NCBI RefSeq assembly: GCF_001194135.2
Contig: NC_068993.1
Location: 42,963,852 to 43,000,959 of the forward strand
Origin: Octopus bimaculoides
Lineage: Eukaryota
Direction of reading: 5' to 3'
Length of the DNA stretch: 37,108 bases
Shown piece after piece: positions 33,690-37,108 of this stretch. The notes below the pieces were generated by a model that saw only the letters and a program-made list of their open reading frames with translations, ran no database searches and was not told the origin of the DNA. Each line of letters begins with the position of its first letter. Within the stretch, counting starts at the first letter, position 1. The position numbers and the translations under genes were made by a program.

Positions 33690-33988
33690 AAAGGATGAAA
33701 GGCAAAGTTGACCTCGGCGGAATTTGAACTCGGAACGTAACGGCAGACGAAATACCTATTTCTTTACTGCCCACAAGGGGCTACACACAGAGGGGACAAA
33801 CAAGGACAGACAAACGAATTAAGTCGATTATATCGACCCCAGTGCGTAACTGGTACTTAATTTATCGACCCCGAAAGGATGAAAGGCAAAGTCGACCTCG
33901 GCGGAATTTGAACTCAGAACGCAGTGACAGACGGAATACCGCTAAGCATTTCGCCCGGCGTGCTAACTTTTCTGCCAGTTCGCCGCTT
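33690..33988 (-). mobile_element. SINE family B with internal tandem repeat (184-bp period)
   Basis: Head (reverse complement) gcggcgaactggcagaaaagttagcacgccgggcgaaatgc with B box GTTCAAATTC. AAAGGATGAAAGGCAAAGT recurs at 33690 and 33874. The array runs into a gap. Confidence 0.92.
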
Positions 33989-34408
33989 TGGATTGTATCG
34001 AAATACTGGTTAGCAAACAAGGTGCGACTCAGAGGGTCCATAGACTGGTTTCTCTTCAGAACTAACCGCATATTAAGCAGCACAGGGGCCACTTGGTGGA
34101 AGGTCATCAAGTTGGTTATGGAGTCGGCAGAAGTTACCTTACTTCAAGATGGTTAAGGATCATGAGGTTTAGGTCCTGGTAAGGACGGTGATAAATGGTC
34201 TAATGTTAAGTGGATAGAAACTGGGGCTTAATCAAGATGGGCTGGACCGCTTGAGTGACGGTCACTTATTGTTGAATGACTCTAAAAACTCAGTAACACA
34301 AGGAAATATCCCTAACAATGTATCTCGGTGTATTTTAAGATGTTATATAAAATAAAACAGTACACGTTTTCGACCAATCTCTGCTGTTTCTGAGCTCTGC
34401 ACACAATA

Positions 34409-34625
34409 CGAGGGAGTTCTGAAAAGTTCCTAGCTTTAAGGGTATCGCGAAAGGCCTGATTGGAAACCCAACCTCCCGAGTTCTATTACAGGGCATAGAA
34501 AAACTGAAGGACCGCTGTGCTAAGTGTAGGAATCTGCGAGGGTAATATATTGCATAAAATCATTATTAACTTATCCTCCTATATTTTCTTTTATCCAAAG
34601 CCAGTAACTTACCAGAACCCGCTCG
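34409..34625 (+). mobile_element. Mariner internal-deletion derivative (217 bp)
   Basis: TA at 34407-34408 and 34626-34627. TIRs CGAGGGAGTTCTGAAAAGTTCCTAGCTTT / AAAGCCAGTAACTTACCAGAACCCGCTCG (25/31 including TA). Retains the C-terminal QGIEKLKDRCAKCRNLRG*YIA*. Confidence 0.9.
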
Positions 34626-34904
34626 TATGTTGAGCTGAACAGATCAGCTTCAAATTTTTCTTCAAGTACCTAACTTTTTAAATTAGTAACAACACAATTC
34701 TGAAAAAACAAAGTGTTAGACTTGAAGGTTTAATGTAAAACAACTACCTAGAGATTGTTTATTCCGAAGTGTTAATGCAATAAGCGTTTTCATCTTTAAT
34801 TCTTGTTGCATTTTTTAAATTTTTCTCATTCTTTTAAGGTAATATTTATCGTCGATTGAATTCGATGAAATAGTTTAGGTTGCTTTTTACTAAGCACAAG
34901 CAAG

Positions 34905-34960
34905 TTTCGAACTCAGAACGTAGAACTGGAAGAAACACAGCAGATTATTTTTACCGATGC
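34905..34960 (-). mobile_element. Degenerate SINE family B head fragment
   Basis: tttcgaactcagaacgtag...; a similar fragment lies at 35215-35310 (cttgaactcagaa...cgattctgc). Confidence 0.4.
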
Positions 34961-35966
34961 TCCAATTATTTTAGGTAATTCTTTACACAAGTACGTACTA
35001 CAAATTGTGGCAGTGATGGTGTGGTTCATATATGGACTTCAGGAGGACGAAAGATAAGATTGGTTCCGGCAGGATTTGAACAGACATCACAAAAGACCGA
35101 AAAAAATGAGCATTTTACCTTATGTACACAGTCGCACAATGTATGAGAATTGTGTAGTTGTTTTAATTGAAACCCCACTTTTTTGTCCTTGGTAGAACAA
35201 AATACGAAGTCTCTTCCCTCAGGACTTGAACTCAGAATATAAAAAAGTGGTATAATTCAAAACTCGGAAAGTATTTTCCTGGTCCTCTGTCGATTCTGCA
35301 CCGACATCCCGCTTTTCTTTATCATGAGTATGAATTCCTATATAGACTTTACACCTCGTGTATTGGATGACATTGTGATATTTGCGTCTTTCCTTGAGAA
35401 AGTAAAATCATTTTTCAAATAGAATTGAAACCTGATCGCAGACATGGTTGCCATTTGCCGTACGCTGCCAGCTACTTTCATGCTATAATTAGAGCAATTA
35501 TATTTAACTGAAATACTGCATTCATGTAGCCATTATAGAAAGCTTTTATGTTAATCCCGTTAAGCTAATTGGGATTGAGTACAAATTGGTTCAGTTTTGT
35601 ACTTTTACGTTCAGAGTGACCCATTCCAGAGGAAATAATGTTGTTATGTAAAATAAAATATAAAATATATAAAATACATTCCAAATGGAAATTTGAGGAG
35701 AGATTTCCTAGTTAATCACGAGTTGGTGGTAAAATGACTTTCTGATATTAATGTTGTTAAAGATTTGATCATCGTCTCCTTAGAGAGAAACAGTAATAGG
35801 AATTGAGACAAAAATATATTGGAGGTGCATTCTACACCTTAAAAGTAATGTCCATAATTTAAAAACAAACCATTTGTATGATTAAGTATTCAACCACCTA
35901 GCATTCAATTAATGTTGCGTTTTCTTTGTTTTTTAACTCCTAAATGAAAATAAGGGTGTCTCTTAC

Positions 35967-36040
35967 CATTCAACTGCGGCCATGCGTGGCATCATTATCA
36001 TAAAGGGTCTTTAATCAGAATAAATCGACCCCAGTAATAA
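35967..36040 (-). mobile_element. SINE family A 3' fragment
   Basis: cattcaactgcggccatg...aatcgaccccagta. Confidence 0.5.
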
Positions 36041-36801
36041 ACAAACAAGCACTGGCTGTCCAGCAGTGAGGACATGCACACAAACAGAANNNNNNNNNNT
36101 ATATATATATATACATACATACATACATATACAGAGGGGGGTGAGAGAGGAAGAGGGAGAGGGAGGGAGAGGGAGGGAGAAAATAGATGAGATCGAGAGA
36201 ATCTCAATATAGAAAACACTGTAGAGCACAAATGATTTGAACTTACACTCCGATATCTCCACCGAGGACAACCCAGCAGGGTAAAAAGAGTGACTATAAG
36301 GGGAATCCAAGTGAGCCGATATGGAGACAATTATTCAAATAAGCAGATAAAACCTTTTAGACTTATCTATCCACCCTGATGAAAGAGGTTCTGGAGTTTA
36401 CCAATGTTTGCTTGCTTCCTATACCGGATGCAAATTATTGATCAACTACTTCTACCCTCAGAAACAGCTGTCAGACCTGTAACACCGTCTCCTCTCTAAT
36501 TCAATTATCCCCTCCCCTACTATAAACTTTAAGAACCCCTAAATTCTTCTTTGTTCTGACCAGATATACACTGTTCTGATAATTTCATTCCGCCAACTGA
36601 CTTGTAGCAGGATCAATGTAAATATTTTTACTCCGAGAATTTGTTAACTATGTTGAATAAGTCGAACTGTCCTTCATGTTTGAAGATCATGAATTCATCT
36701 GACAAAAACGGTTTCTTTACAATGATGTAATCTTCTCATTTAAAGGAATCGGTGGAAACGGCCGTAACGGACTGAGACCTGTACCTCTTTGTTACTCAAT
36801 T

Positions 36802-36803
36802 AT

Positions 36804-36890
<87 letters not shown>
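36802..36890. repeat. (TA)n(GA)n microsatellite
   Basis: Visible; lies at the internal-microsatellite position of the adjacent SINE A head. Confidence 0.9.
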
Positions 36891-36995
36891 TACGACGGGC
36901 TTCCGCGTAGCAGAGAGGTGCTACACTATGGGACTAAACCCAAGACCCTATTCTTGCAAAGCGAGCTTCTTAACTACACAGCTATCCCAGTGCCT
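36891..36995 (-). mobile_element. SINE family A 5' part with internal deletion
   Basis: tacgacgggcttcc...ggtgctacactatgggactaaaccc...gcaaagcgagcttcttaactacacagc. Confidence 0.65.
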
Positions 36996-37108
36996 GGGAA
37001 CCAACCCATCCATATATTTATTCACCCACCACATTCAATCAATCTGTGTTTTCCTTTGTTTTCTTTTTCTTTGTTTATATTTTGTGTTCGTTTATTTTGT
37101 TTCCTTTT

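Noticed and set aside
33990-34300. GC-richer segment with a 104-aa ORF (33842-34156)
   Set aside because: The N-terminal half is SINE B sequence, and no recognisable protein motif was found in any frame of the remainder.
36376-36480. CTGATGA ... GAAA-C-AGCT-G-TC minimal hammerhead
   Set aside because: Stem III looks right, but stem II needs extra unpaired bases and stem I does not pair. Likely chance.

Overview
AT-rich eukaryotic scaffold fragment dominated by microsatellites and transposons. It has 13 N-gaps totalling about 4.07 kb, most abutting (TA)n, (CA)n or (GA)n tracts. The SINE families and microsatellite density look like an octopus (coleoid) short-read assembly; this is an inference from recall, not a database result. 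No host protein-coding gene, rRNA, true tRNA or CRISPR array can be supported. Almost all ORFs in the supplied track are microsatellite or N-run artefacts. Real coding remnants all come from transposons: (1) the restriction-like endonuclease (RLE) end of an R4/Dong-type non-LTR retrotransposon, present as two diverged 3' ends in tandem with (CATA)n tails; (2) a Tc1 N-terminal HTH; (3) a dead rosa/maT-like DDD transposase whose last 117 bp recur as an inverted copy; (4) a decayed RTE LINE; (5) a mariner deletion derivative. There are at least four tRNA-derived SINE families (my labels A-D), two hAT-Charlie-type MITEs, a foldback element of about 227 bp, several hairpins, two RFX X-box motifs and a few weak candidate exons. 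The best lead is the (CATA)n-associated R4-type retrotransposon pair at 11207-12128.
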